64,000 nucleotides of DNA, taken from NCBI RefSeq assembly GCF_006345805.1, contig NC_043007.1, forward strand, positions 77,004,001-77,068,000. The letters are read 5' to 3'. Of this stretch, positions 1 to 13,956 are shown one piece after another. This stretch comes from Octopus sinensis (Eukaryota). Position 1 is the stretch's first letter. The number at the start of each line of letters is the position of its first letter. A program made the position numbers and the translations under genes. The notes below the pieces were generated by a model. The model was not told where the DNA came from, did not search any database, and was given only the letters and a program-made list of their open reading frames with translations.

Positions 1-213
1 TAACATTGTGGGCAGTTGGAGACTTGATAACCCTCTAACCCAACTACAAATACTTATAGTAATATGGAAAAACAAAAATACCAAAGCAAACTAACATGGA
101 ATGTTGACTATACTGTTATTAAGATCAAATCAAAAGATAGTGTTCACTACCAGACTGTACAATATTTTAATAGTGAATGAAGTTAAAAGACAATGATATT
201 AATATCTACTTAC

Positions 214-357
214 AAACACTTCAACTTGGTGAGTTTTTCAAACAAAAACTCTGGCAAATGGTCCAACTTATTTTTGTTCATCTTCAGCAATTCCAAGGAA
301 GTTAAATTATCAAAACTGTATTTTTCTACTCTTCGGACTCTGTTGTTATTCAGATAG
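214..357 (-). CDS. LRIG: LRIG-family gene, internal LRR exon (144 bp): (L)YLNNNRVRRVEKYSFDNLTSLELLKMNKNKLDHLPEFLFEKLTKLKC(L)
   Basis: Minus strand ttttttgtttcAG|exon|GTaagt; two 24-aa LRRs, phase 2-2; resembles LRIG3 YLNSNRV...FDNL..LKLNRNRI as recalled. Gene continues beyond both window ends. Confidence 0.92.
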
Positions 358-1307
358 CTGAAACAAAAAAAATTATAATTATTATTACTGAATTAACCAC
401 TAAAATTTGCAATGTACTATAAGCAACAATTTGAAATGGGATAGAATCTTTGCTTCTAGATGTAGCTGTGTGTTACATTACACAGTACCTAGAGTCTCAA
501 ACACACCTACCGAGTGAAATTAGTTACATCATCATCATCATCATTTAATCTTTTATCTTTCACTGGTTGCAGTCATTAGACTGTGACCATGCCAGGGTTG
601 TTCAGCAGAAATAGGGGACAAACACAAAGACATATACATACATGTGCATGATGGGCTTTTCAGTTTCTTTCTACCAAATCCACTCACAAGGCTTTGGTTG
701 GCCCAAGGCTACAGTAGAAGACACTTGTCCAAGATGCCATGCATTGAGACTGAACCTAGAACCATGTGTTTGGGAAGCAAACTTAACACAGCCATGCCTC
801 CACCTATGTCCTAACATCCAATTCTATGCTAGCATGGGTCAGTTAGAATTTATTGAGACAGGTTTTCTAGGGCCAGATGGCCTTCAGAGTACAAACCCTC
901 ATGTTTCCCAGTAAGGTGATACTTTCCCCACAGGAAATATCACCTTGCTTTTCATGGAAGACTGGAAATGAAGAATATTGCTTGTATGATGGCAATGCTC
1001 ATTTACAACCATCACACGATGCCAAGACAAGGGCTCACACACACAAATATGATAAGCTTCTTTTACTTTCTGTTTACCAAATCCACTCACAAGGCTCTAC
1101 TATAGAAGACACTTGCTCAAGGTGCTGCATAGTGGGAGTGAAGCTGAAACCATGGGGTTGGGAAGTAAATCACACTGCTACACCTGTACCAGCATAAAAT
1201 ATTATTAGATATTATAAGCAACAATTTAGACTGGGATATGAACCTTGTTTCTTTCTAGAGGGAGCCTAGAGTGGCTGATAACCCTTCTATATAAAATTAG
1301 TTACATA

Positions 1308-1709
1308 TACTCTTTTACTTTTACTTGTTTCAGTCATTTGACTGCGGCCATGCTGGAGCGCTGCCTTGAGTTGAGCAAATCGACCCCCAGGACTTATTCT
1401 TTGTAAGCCTAGTACTTATTCTATCAGTCTCTTTTGCCGAACGGCTAAGTTACTGGGATGTAAACACACCAGCATTGGTTGTCAAGTGATGTTGGGGGGG
1501 GGGGGATAAACACAGACACACAAACACACATATATATACATATATACGACGAGCTTCTTTCAGTTTCTGTCTACCAAATTCACTCACAAGGCTTTAGTCA
1601 GCCCAAGGCTATAGCAGAAGATACTTGCCAAACGTGCCACACAGTGGGAATGAACCCAGAACCATGTGGTTGGTAAGCAAGCTACTTTCCATACAGCCAC
1701 TCCTGTGCC
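1308..1709 (-). mobile_element. tRNA-derived SINE family A (CORE-like; possibly octopus OR2/OK type), full length
   Basis: Reverse complement starts ggcacaggagTGGCTGTATGG..GGTTCATTCCC (A/B boxes), then a ttggcaagtatctt CORE-like motif, an internal (TA/CA)n tract and a gagtaaaa-type tail. More than 20 full or partial copies in the window. Confidence 0.85.
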
Positions 1710-1741
<32 letters not shown>

Positions 1742-2692
1742 ATATACATAGAAGAGAAATACATAAATTTATGTAATTCTCTTTCTATCAAACAATACAG
1801 TTTCCTTATAGAATGTAACAACGATATTTACATTAACATTCTGTCAAACAAGTTAAAACTATGGATATTTCATTGCAGTGATGGAACGGTCAGATTGTTT
1901 GACCTTATTTTGGCTCAAAATTAGTTTTGAGCTTAATTGCAAGGATGAAGTAAAATAAACTTTAAGAGAGGTCAGAAACGAGAGGAGAAAAGAATCAATT
2001 AGAGCTGTCAGTAACATTAAATAGACATTAGATTTGAAGCTGAAGCCTAAGTAAAGGTCAGGAGATGAGTTAAGGTTGGGCAGAAATGTACACAACAGCA
2101 AACAACCTAGCAACCTTACTATACACACATATAATATATTCCATGTAGACTTTAGAATCAGTTTGTCTTTTAAAAGAGATTACCAAGACCAAAACCAAAT
2201 TCTGTTGACATTTCATACTCATATCAAGTAGTCAACCTCCTCTTCATCCTCCTCCTCCTCATCATCATCATTGTTGTCATTTTATGCCTATTATTTTCCA
2301 TGCTGTCATGAGTTGGACAGGTTGTCATGTTCCAAATGAGGTCTTTATTTGGAGGCAGTGCTGTTTTAAGGTATAGAAACACTGGGCAGTTGCCTGGGGA
2401 GGCCTTGTGGGTCTAGGGGGAACCCAATTCTGATCTATGTATGTTGTGGTTTGCTGTCCATAAATAAATACTATAGGACCCAGTGCACTGATATGCCTAG
2501 AGCCCTCATGGGTTTAGGGAGCTAAATTTTGAACTATGCTGACATATAAGAAAGTTTACGAATATAAATTCTTAGAAAAATATCTTCAAGACAATTTTCT
2601 TTGAGAAAAAAAAGAGAAAAAAAACTAAAAAAAAATCAAAAACTAACAAAAATATAATAGCCGCTGTTAATAGATGATGATGATGTAGTAGC

Positions 2693-2723
<31 letters not shown>

Positions 2724-3659
2724 GTATAGGAACATGCACTGAAAACAGTGCACTGCTGCATCCACCATTTCTTGGTGATTCCCTGGTACTCTGGGTGGAT
2801 GATGCCACTGCACCACTCAGGGTACAACTTTCTAACCCACGGGTCGGTGTGGGTAGTCTTTACTGGTGGGAGTTTTACAAGATTGCAACATGTGTATTCT
2901 CTGGACATGCTAGTCTCCACATAGTACTTGAGCAATGTGAAATGAAGTGTTTTGCTCAAGAACAGAGCACACCACCTGATCTGGGAATTGAACCCACAGT
3001 CTGACAATCAAGAATGCAACACTCTAGCCACTAGGCCATGCACCATCACTACTGATCAGCTGAACTGAAAATAACTTTCCTTCACTGCCCCTATTTTATA
3101 GCTCAGGAGTTTTAAAAAAAAGTACACAGCAAAATTTCAGGAACCTTCCTTGATACAACCATTCCTGCAACTAGGAAGCCCAGTATTAACATGTTGAATA
3201 TATATTTACTGCTTATTGACAGATTTAAATATATTTAAAGCTATCAGACTAAACAGCCATTTATAAATCTGCTATATCAGGTTTTCCTCCCACTAAAGCC
3301 TATTTCTCAAGAGGCTTCACCAACATATTGGTTCAGGACTACAAGTCGAAGTAAAAGTTCCTCATTCTGAAATGCATAACCCTACCCCCCACCCACTCCC
3401 GCCATCTAAATCCATCTATCACAAAGTAAATACAGAACTTATACAGAAGGAGGCAGTCAGTCAGTCAGTAACAATTACTTTGTTACTTCAAAATGAAGCT
3501 GTCTGGCATGGAAATTAAAAAAAAAAAAACAACATCGCCAACAAATGTACTTAGGTGGGAATTAAACAAAATAAACTGGATATATTCAAGTAAAAATAGG
3601 ATATCAAAATAAAAATAATAAAAAATTAAAATAACAATAATCATAATCCTGTCTACAAT

Positions 3660-4330
3660 AGGCACAAATCCTGAAATTTTTTTGGGGGGGGGGGGGGAGG
3701 GGGGCTAGTTGATTACATTGACCCCAGTATGTAACTGGTACTTATTTTATTGACCCTGAAAAGATGGAAAGCAAAGGTGACCTCGGCAGAATTTGAACTC
3801 AGAACATAATGATGGGTGAAATACCACTAAGCATTTTGCCTGGTGTGCTAACGACTCTGCCTGCTTGCCACCTACATAATCATAGTAATAGTGGTATCAA
3901 ATTTTGTCACAAGGGCTGCAATTTTCAGGGAAGGGATTAGTCGGTTTCATTGACCTCAGTATTCAACTGGTACCTATTTTATAGGCCCTGAAGGGATGAA
4001 AAGCAAAGTCAATCTTGGCAGAATTTGAACTCGAACATAGCAATGGGCGAAAAACTTATTTCTTTACTACCCACAAGGGGCTAAACATAGTGGGGACAAA
4101 CAAGGACAGACATAGGTATTAAGTCGATTACATCGACCCCAGTGTGTAACTGGTACTTAATTTATCGACCCCGAAAGGATGAAAGGCAAAGTCGACCTCG
4201 GCGGAATTTGAGCTCACAAGACGAAACACAGCTACACATTTCACCCAGCGTGTTAACGATTCTGCGAGCTCTCCGCTCTTTTTTTAAAGACAGACGCAAT
4301 ACCGCTAAGCATTTCGTCCAGCGTGCTAAC
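3660..4330 (-). mobile_element. Cluster of three SINE family B copies (tandem/nested)
   Basis: 3660-3870 and 3900-4050 have tail type 2; a younger tail-type-1 copy (4057-4276) sits in the head region of the second. Confidence 0.75.
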
Positions 4331-4331
4331 A

Positions 4332-4364
<33 letters not shown>

Positions 4365-6300
4365 CAAATCACTAAGCAGAAGGAGTTAGACAACTGAATC
4401 AACTCCAATACTTGAACAGGTATTTCATTTTACTGAACCCCAAGTTGATCTCAACAGGATTTGAACTCAGAATGTCAAGAGCCAGAACAAATACAGCAAG
4501 GAGTGGGGAATTATCGTTGAGGGATCAGAGAAAGGAAAAAGGGATAACAAAACTCGAACAAAAAAAAGACAAAAAAAAACCCCAGACCCATGGAAAACAA
4601 GAAATAAATAAATAACATGAAGTAGCTGCCAATATTGTAAAGCAGGTGTTCTGCAGTAAACAGTTCCCGGAGTTAGTTAGACTGCCAAAAAACTTAAAAC
4701 AATACAACCCCCCCCCCAAAAAAAAAACCGAAAAAAGAACCAACAAAAGAAATGCAAGTAAAATGAGAGTGGTGGGGTGGGCGGAATGAATGGGTGAGTG
4801 GGAGGTTGGGTGAAAAACTTTGGGTTTTTTTTTAAACAAGGTGACAAACAGGAGGCAGCTGGTTAGAGAGATGCAAGAAGACATACCTAGTATGTTTCAA
4901 TTAAAAGGAAACCAATCAGGTTTGAAATTAGTATTAACTTCCTTCTACGTCCTACCCCTGCCCCACTACCCGCCAAAAACTTCTGGATGCACCACACCAC
5001 CACCACTGCTGCTACCATTGCCTGCACCAATTTACTTTTCCCTAATATCTTTATCTTCTTTCCATTTGATCACTGGACAAGGCAATCATTACTACCACCA
5101 CCACCACCACCAACACCGCTACTCCTCCGCATGGGCTATCAACAACTTAACACTAAGCCAATTTGTCTTTACAGCTACCAACCTGACAACCTGTCCCCCA
5201 GCCTCAAACCCCCCACTCTCCATGGCTCTGGATCTCAATTTCCTTTCCCCTCTCATCACTAAATTGTTACACAAAATCTATGTAGCAGTAGTAGCAAAGG
5301 TACTTTATCTATCTACTCGCCCACCCATCTATCCAGCCATCGGGGGGGGGGGGCTATCTGTCTTTATAGATATTTATCTCCCAACCTATCTTTATCTATC
5401 TATCTATCTATCTATCTTTCAAACTAAACATTATCTTTCTATCTATTTATCTATATCTCTCTCATTATCTTATCTATATCTAACACAGACCAACAGAAAA
5501 AGAATAGCTAAGCAACAGCAGTGACAGTAACAACTAGAGAGAGAGGAAGAGAGAGAGAAGAGAGAGAGACAGAGAGCTATCCACAGTATGACCTGCCAAC
5601 ATCTTCCACTTGAGTGTTGCCTCTAAGTGATGAATGACACTATTATTAGAGAAAACAGGCAATGTGATGGACATATTCACACTTTGACAAAATGCCTGCC
5701 AAGCCAACACAGTAGACAGATGTTTTCCAATATAATGGAGGACTAGCAAAGAAACAAAATGAACACACAAATAATGGCAGAAATTAAAGAAGAAAAAAAA
5801 TATCTACACTATTTCAAATATCCAGTCAGATAAACATAGGGCATATGTGTATACAACTTGGTGTCTGTGTGTGTAGACATGCATTGTACATATGTGTACA
5901 TACACACACACACAATCATTGTTTTAACATCCACTTTTCCATGCTAGCAAGGCTCAAATGAAATTTGATGAGACATGTTTCCTACAGCCTGATGCTCTTC
6001 CAGTCATCAACACTCGCCTGTTCCCAAGCAAGGTAATATTTTGCTATGGCCATACAAGTTTTCATGGAAGATTAGAAACAAAGGACAATGCTTGGGTTGA
6101 CAGTGGTGCTTATTTACAACTATTGCATGATACCAAGTCAAAGACACACACACACACATACAAAAGGGCTTCTTTCAGCTTCCATCAAACCAAACTACTC
6201 ACAAGGATTTGGTCATCTTGGGGCTAAGCAGAAAACACATGTCCAATGAACCAATGGGTGGGACTGAACCTGAAACTGCCCATATACATGCATACAAAAG

Positions 6301-6520
6301 GGCGGCGAGCTGGCAGAAATGTTAGCAAGCCAGGCGAAATGCATAGCCGTATTTCGTCTGTCATTACGTTCTGAGTCCAAATTCCGCTGAGGTCGACTTT
6401 GCCTTTCATCCTTTCGGGGTCGATAAATAAAGTACCAATTTCGCACTGGGGTCGATGTAATCGACTTAATTCCTTTGTCTGTCTCCTCTATGTTTAACTC
6501 CTTGTGGGCAATAAAGAAAT
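6301..6520 (+). mobile_element. tRNA-derived SINE family B (Meta-domain-like), tail type 1
   Basis: ggcggcgagcTGGCAGAAATG..GAGTCCAAATTCC head, then gcctttcatcctttcggggtcgataaataaagtacca, which resembles the Meta/Sauria-SINE central domain as recalled; about 17 copies in the window. Confidence 0.85.
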
Positions 6521-6934
6521 ATATAACTGCATACACAAATACACACACGTGTATGCTGAGTTTCACAAAGGAGGTGACAGGAGGCTATGACAAATGGAAT
6601 GCCATTATGTTGAAATAGACTTGTCTAACCTATCCTTGCCAGCATGGAAAAGTAAACATTAAAAAAATATGATGCAGAAGAGATGAATACACACAACACA
6701 GTCAAGGTACACATTTGGATATGCTATCAGGAACCAAAGAACTCAATACATGTGTGGGAGTATATTTCTTGTTAAAGTCGATGATAGACATTGTTCCCTT
6801 CCAATTTTTTGCTACGACATATTTATTTAGTGAGATATATATATTCATATATTTAGTGAGAAACTGCATGAAGAGATGTGAATATATCAGGGGGGGATGG
6901 CTGAATCAATGAAATACTGTGCCAAAATACCTTG

Positions 6935-7475
6935 TGGTATTTGCAATAGGTGGCTTGTGTGTCTCAATGACTCTCAGATCTTTGCCAGCAGAGAGCAAGA
7001 TCCTGGTGGAGCCTCCTTTATTGGACAAGTCAAAAGATAGAGGCCAGACTAATATGGATTACTCCTTTCCAAAAATGGCCTTGTGTAGGGCCAACACCCC
7101 TACCAAGAAAAACAGCAAAGTTACAGCAACATTGATGACAATTCAAAACCAATAAAACCTGGGATTGGAAGGCCTTCCTTCAGGAAAACATGGTGCAGTA
7201 AAATCTGAAAAGGAGCTGCAAGGCTATCTCTCCTTCTTACTACAAGGAGAATGAACTGTGAAAAAAAAATATCGGAGGGGGTGGGGAGTAGGTGCCAATG
7301 GCTCTGACTTGGAAACCACAAGGAAAACAACAGAGAAGAACTGCTAAAAGTAACCAGAGGCAGAATACTGAAGCAGAGCTGTAAAAGCAGGGATTCAACT
7401 GAAGAGAAAAAGAGGAAGACAGTGGAGAAGTTGTTGATGGCCCATACTCTGCAGGGAGTGAAGAGTTTAAGAAAA
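6935..7475 (+). mobile_element. Degenerate internally deleted RTE-like element (5' UTR-like + 3' end-like)
   Basis: ggtggcttgtgtgtctcaatgac..ggacaagtcaaa..ccagac..gggccaacacccctaccaagaaaaa resembles RTE 5' UTRs as recalled; 7410-7470 resembles an RTE 3' end. Confidence 0.5.
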
Positions 7476-9162
7476 TGTGTATTTGACCAGAGATTCTCAG
7501 TGGCCTATATAGACACCTGTGTATGTGTGTGTGTGTGTGTGGGGGGGGGGGGGGTGAATAAAGCTTAGGGGTCTAACAAGAGTGGGATTGATTTAAAAGC
7601 TTGCATTTTTAAATCCCTTTATGCCAGAAAAAAATTTACTGAAATGAGATTCAGTCTTGAAGTCCATGTTCACAAATAAAGGGACTAAAAACTGGCATTC
7701 TGTCAGTTGTGATGACAAGGGTTTCAGTTGATCTGATCAATGGAACAGCCTGCTCATGAAATGAGCACTTCACAGGTACAAGTACCCTTGATGTAGTTCT
7801 CAGGGAGATTCAGCGTGACACAGAATGTGACAAGGCCAGCATTTTGAAATACAGGTACTACTCATTTTTGCCAGTTGAGTAGACTGGAGCAACATCAAAT
7901 AAAGTGTCTTGCTCAAGGACACAACACGCTACCAACAATTGAACTCACAACCTTACCACCATGAACTGAACACCCTAACCACTAAGCCACATACCTTCAC
8001 ATTTAAAGTGATTAGATATGACTGGCTGATCAAAAACGGAAAAACAAAAAAAAAAACTGTTGCAAAATATCCCAAGCTTCATGCAACAGTTGTGCTCATT
8101 TTACTGGCTTTTCCAACTTCATATATGGTGTAATCTGGGTGTAACCATGTGCATTATTTACTAAGCAAACAGAGAAGGGCTTTAAAAGTAGAACAGGATG
8201 ATTTGTGGCTCAAACTCACAAGCTTGCAACACAATATTCATGATCATCTCCACGGACCACTTAACCCATCCTTCCCATTGAAAAATAATCCATGCATTAA
8301 AAGGTGCATTTGTATTTATATTTGACTGATTCTTTTCTCCTCTCAATTGTATTAAACACTGGTTAATTACATGTTTAATTAGTCTGATGTTTGATTAATT
8401 TGTTTTGGGGTTGAAGTGAAAAACCTTTTTTTTTTTTTATTTTTTTTTTTACAAAAAGTAAAATGTTCAAGAAACTCCGTACTAATCCTTTTGCATTCAG
8501 ATTACTCTGCCAAATGCAATGCTTATTCACATTGTTTTGAATAAAACAATGCATTATCTCACAGATTAAATATTCTGATGATGTGACCATTTATGTTTGG
8601 AGTGACATATGATTAAGTGAGTGAGGCAGGATCTGGTCATTTTGAACATAAAACAGGTAGAATATTTGGGCTGAATATGGCCAGTTTAAATGCTACAGGG
8701 TTAAGCAAACAAACAGGGTTAACATAATCAAGTAAAATGAAATCCTTCAAAGTAATGCCTGGCATACCCACAGTTTATGACTGAAATCATTAACAAGAAA
8801 CAGATGATCATATATACACATACCACAGCATGTTTCAGTGATGACATTCATCATCATCATCATTTAACATCCACCGTCCATGCTGGCATGGGTTGGATGG
8901 CTTGACAGAGGTAGAAGACTACACCAAATTACTGTCTGCTTTGGCATGGTTTTTTTTACTGTAGGATACCCTTCCTAACACCAACCACCCCATAGAGCAG
9001 ACCGAGTGATTTTTCTGAGGTACCAGTGTAAGTGAGGTCAGTTTTGGCATGGTTTTTACAGCTGGATGTTCTTCCAAATGCCAACCACTTCAGTGTGGAC
9101 TTGATGCGTTTTATGTGGCACCAGCACACATTCTTACACACATATTTCAGTGAAGACATTCC

Positions 9163-9389
9163 TTAACCCTTCAGCATTTAAACTGGCCATTTCTGGCCAT
9201 AATTTACCTGTTTTATCCTTAAACTGGCCAGGTCTGGCCTCTCACACTTACCCTAGAATATTATTCTAAAAATAAACAATCACATCATTGATAAATCTCA
9301 AAGCTACAAGGTAATGCATGACTAACTTTTATCAACGTGAATAAATAAGCATTACATTTGACAGAGAAATCTGAATGCTAAAGGGTTAA
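9163..9389. mobile_element. piggyBac-type MITE family E
   Basis: TTAA-CCCTTCAGCATT ... AATGCTAAAGGG-TTAA; other copies 8483-8704, 13373-13601, 44277-44505, 44564-44793, 45435-45660, partial 48224-48405. Confidence 0.85.
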
Positions 9390-11263
9390 AGTCTGAAGGT
9401 TTATTATTAAAAAAAAAGGCATAATTTTGGACATGCAGAAATTATAGTTTTGAGTAGAACGGCTGGTTACTCCGACACCATAGAGTATGGTGTATGTGTG
9501 AGATGAATATAACTAGAGTATCGCTCAATTCTGCAATAAGGACTTGGGGAGTGTTAAAAGAAGAGAACAAAAAGTGAAGAATGAAATTGGTTTTGAAGCA
9601 CCGTGTTTGTACAAGAATGGAAAGAAATCCCAACAGAAATTGTTAACTGGTTTACAGTGAAAACAGATGGATAAGTGTTAGCTTGGTTCAAGCCAGAACA
9701 GGCAGGAAAATATTAATATAACAACTTTCCCAGGAGTAGTTTCTTCAAGTTAAAAAAAAAAAAAGCATTAAAGAGACTTGGTTTAATCCTTCTATCACTG
9801 TTTTTGACAATAGGTGAAAAGTTTTAAAGCACCCACTACAATCACTTTAACAAGTGTCCACTATAAAGAATGAAAACTAAGGCTGTGTGTAAGCATGTAT
9901 GTTATTTTTTTTACTTGTTTCAGTCATTTTTGATTGTGTTCATGCTGGGGCACCAACTTGAAGGGTTTTATTTGAAAAAAATTGACCCCAAAACTTAAAG
10001 CCTGGTACTTTTTCTGTTGGTTTCTTCTGCTGAACCATTAAGTTATGGGAATATAAACACACCAACACCAGTTGTCAAACAATGGTGGGGGACAAACATA
10101 GACACAAAGACACGCACACATAGATATATACATGACAGGCTCCTTTCAGTTTCTGTCAACCAAATCTACTCACAAGGCTTTAACTTTTATCGTTTACTTG
10201 TTTCAATCATTAGACTGCTGCCATGCTGGGGCAATGCCTTCAAGAAATTTTCATTGATTGAATTGATTACAGCACTTATTTTTGAAAGCTTGGTACTTAT
10301 TGTATTGGTCTATTTTGCGGCACTGGTAAATTACAAAGATGTAGACACACTAACGTTGTCAAGCGATTGTGGTAGTGGGGGAGAACACAGACACACACAT
10401 GTAAATGAATGAATGAATGTGTGATTTGTGGTACAAAATGAGTATGAATGAATGTGTGTGTGTGTGTGCATGCACACACACACACACACACAAATACAAT
10501 GGACTTCTTTAGTTTTCATCTATCAAATCCACTCACAAAGCTTTGGTCGGTCTGAGGCTATAAGAAGACATTTGCCCAAAGTGAATTACAGTGGGACTGA
10601 ACCCAGAACAATGATATTGGGAAGCAAACTTCTTACCACAAGGTCAGATCTGTGCTCAGTTTCTATTTAGTTTTTTTTTTTTTTAATACAAACATTTAAT
10701 GTTAAAATATAGCCTTTTAAAATTTCTCATACAAAACGCATCAGTAACTTTAACTTTCCACAAAAAGGGTACCAGTAATTATTTCTTTCTTCCTTGATCT
10801 TCAATGCAATTTGAAGTCAAAGATACAGAGAGCCACTGCTTTGGAGATTTCGGAAAGATATTTCACTACGTATGAGATGTTAGTATCTATTTATTTTCGT
10901 TAGTATCGGTCAGTTATTAGTGATTTGTGGCACGAACTGAGAACATCTTGTGAAGGCAGCTGCAAATGAGAGAGTTAAAACCCCCTCCCCCCATCTATTA
11001 TAACTAACTACAAGACAGCAGGGGGAGAAGGGAACCTTGAACAACTTCAGTTTCACTTGATATTTAAGTTTTCTAACAGATTAGGGGTTTAAACAAGATG
11101 CACACTGGTTTCTTTCATGAAGCATTTGTTATAAAAATCACAAATAAATAATAATAATAATAATATTTCCTTCCCACCAAAAACACCCCCACGACTCCAT
11201 CCAAAACCCTCCCAAAACACGTGTGTGCGTGTGTATACACACATATATATGCGAGTGCACACA

Positions 11264-11309
<46 letters not shown>

Positions 11310-12569
11310 TATATACATACATATATATATGTATATATACATATATATATATATGTATATATGTATGTATATATGTATATATATATTGTTGCAACCAAAA
11401 AGACAAAAATAATATAGAACTAGAAGATAAGTAGATAAAAACAGAATGTTCTAGATGAATGAGTTTTGCTCATTATTTAAGGGGGTAGATCCACCCACAT
11501 CTACCACAAAGAAGAAAAAAAAACAAATAAACAGCAGTTTGGAAAACACTTCAAGAACCACAGAAGGTAAATGAATTGGGTCCAATTTAGAAGGATACAA
11601 AAACAAAAGTATATTGTACCAAGGCACTAATTATGTTGGTTTTTTGGGTTTTCCTCCTTTTTCTTTCTGATTTCTTTTTTTTTTTTTTTTTTTTATGCGA
11701 GCAAACATAACAGAATGAATGAAAGAAAGAGAGAAAGAAAGAATGCGAATAGCAGCAGCTCACCCTGCCACCAGAAGGCCATTAGTGATATTATGTGATG
11801 TCGTGTAAAATAAACACAGAACTCAAGGAGTGGATGTAAGGAATAGTAGAGAAATTCTGGGCCAAAGAAGCAGTGATGAAAATACCACTCTGTCGGCAAG
11901 GCAAGTGCAATATTTGTAGAAGTGTTTTAAGTCAATCCAACCTCTGAAAACTGCAGAGTTAATTTAGCTGGCTGACTTGTTTGTTTTAGGCTTAGTTTTC
12001 TGCCGATGGTAAAGGCATTGACGAGCAGCAGCACTCTGATGAGAAGCCTCCACAGATGGTTAGATGGAGCTTATGTACACACACACTCACTCACTCACTC
12101 ACACTGACACATTTGGGAACTAACTTCTCGGTACTAATTGCCAGTGAATGAAACAGAGGCAACTGGAGATAATCTGGTTTTACAATCATGGCCAAAGACT
12201 GGGAATATGGAGTCCAATGCAAAAAAAAAAAAAAAGAAAAGAAAAAAAGAAACACTAAAAGAAAAAGAGAAACAGAATTTAAAAAAAAAAAAGAAGCAAA
12301 TGTGAATGCCAGTAGAGAAAGCAATCTCTGAGATACCAGGTCAACTGATAATGATGATAGAATTAAGTATTTTGGTAAATTAGACTATTTTCAGTTTAGA
12401 TTAAGAAAAATCAACAAACTAAATCTTCAGAGTCTGCAGTTAATGGTAAAATATTTAAAAAAAATTTCATGAAAACCATTGCAAATAAAATACTTTTCCC
12501 TGGACTTCATCTCCAAAATTTCAGTGTTTTCTGCATTGCCCTAGTAATAACAATATTAATCCTTTTATT

Positions 12570-12784
12570 CTTTTACTTGTTTCACTCATTTGACTATGGC
12601 CATGCTGGAGCACCACCTTCACCTTCAAGGGTTTTAGTCAAACAAATTGACCCCAGGACTTGTTTTTTTTAAAGCCTAGTACTTATTCTATCTGTCTCTT
12701 TTGCCGAACCGCTAAGCTACGGGGATGTAAACACACCAACACCAGTTGTCAAGTGGTGATGGGGAACAGAGACACACACACAGG

Positions 12785-12845
<61 letters not shown>

Positions 12846-13348
12846 TACATATACACACACAGTACTTCGGCCACTTTGTAATACAGATGAAACATTGGCC
12901 CTGTTGGAGTCAGTTCCATACCCAATCATTATATTTTGTAGTAGGGGTTCTGAATGAGAGGCGAAGAGGCAAGACAACCACCAAAAATGGCTGAGCTCCA
13001 TGCCACAGATCATGTGCAACACAACAGAAGGCTCCAACAGGGCCAATCAATGTTTCATTTGTAAAAAATGCAATGCGAAACATCCAGTTATAAGTTGGCA
13101 ATTAGGAGAAATTTACAATAGTTTAAAGTGGCCGAAGACTTTGGCACGGTACTGTATGTATGTATGTATATATGTATATAAATATATGACAGGCTTCTTT
13201 CAGTTTCTGTCTACCAAATCCACTCACAGGCTTTGGTTAGCCAGAGTCTATAGTAGAAGACACTTGCCCAAGATGCCACACAATGGGACTGAACCTGGAA
13301 CCATGTGGTTGGGAAGTAAGCTTCTTACCACACAGCACCACCTGCGCC
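12570..13348 (-). mobile_element. SINE family A copy interrupted in its internal microsatellite by a Tc1/mariner MITE
   Basis: Tail half 12570-12780 and head half 13185-13348 match family A; about 295 bp of foreign sequence lies between them. Confidence 0.8.
12860..13154. mobile_element. Tc1/mariner-like MITE
   Basis: Left CAGTAC-TTCGGCCACTTT vs right AAAGTGGCCGAAGACTTTGGCACGGTACTG followed by TA; inner inverted repeat atgaaacattggccctgttggag / ctccaacagggccaatcaatgtttcat. Confidence 0.75.
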
Positions 13349-13739
13349 TAATTTATAACAAAGACCAGAAACTTAACTCTTTAGCATTTAAACCAGCCGT
13401 ACCCAAACTAAATATTCTACCTGTTTTATGTTGGAATTGGTTAGCTCTGGCCTTCCACTCCTACCATATAATGTCATTCTAAAAATAAGCAATCACATCA
13501 TAGAAATCTCAAAGCTATGAGATAATTCATATTAACTCAAAAGAATGAAAGTAAATAAATAAGCATTACTTCTGACAGTATTCTGAATGCTAAAGTGTTA
13601 ATGGGAGAAACACCCAATTAAATTGACAGTCCTCCTCTAGTTGACTGGTACATTATTTTTTCGGCCTGGGCAAGGATGAGTGGCAAAGTTAACTTTGGTA
13701 GGATTGGAACTCAGAATGTAAAGAGTTGGAACAAATATC

Positions 13740-13956
13740 TATTTCTTTACTACCCACAAGGGGCTAAACACAGAGGGGACAAACGGATTAAGTCGATTAC
13801 ATCAACCCCAGTGCGTAACAGGTACTTAATTTATCAACCTCAAAAGGATGAAAGGCAAAGTTGACCTCGGCGGAATTTGAACTCAGAATGCAATGGCAGA
13901 CGAAATACAGCTACGCATTTCGCCCAGCGTGCTAACGATTCTGCCAGCTTGCCGCC
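13740..13956 (-). mobile_element. SINE family B with 14-bp TSD
   Basis: ttggaacaaatatc flanks both sides (13726-13739, 13962-13975). Confidence 0.85.

Noticed and set aside
4820-5524. 234-aa ORF
   Set aside because: Non-ATG start, low-complexity CAC and TATC repeats, no domain or splice support.
12036-12075. CTGATGA hammerhead-like start
   Set aside because: No downstream GAAA or stem III.
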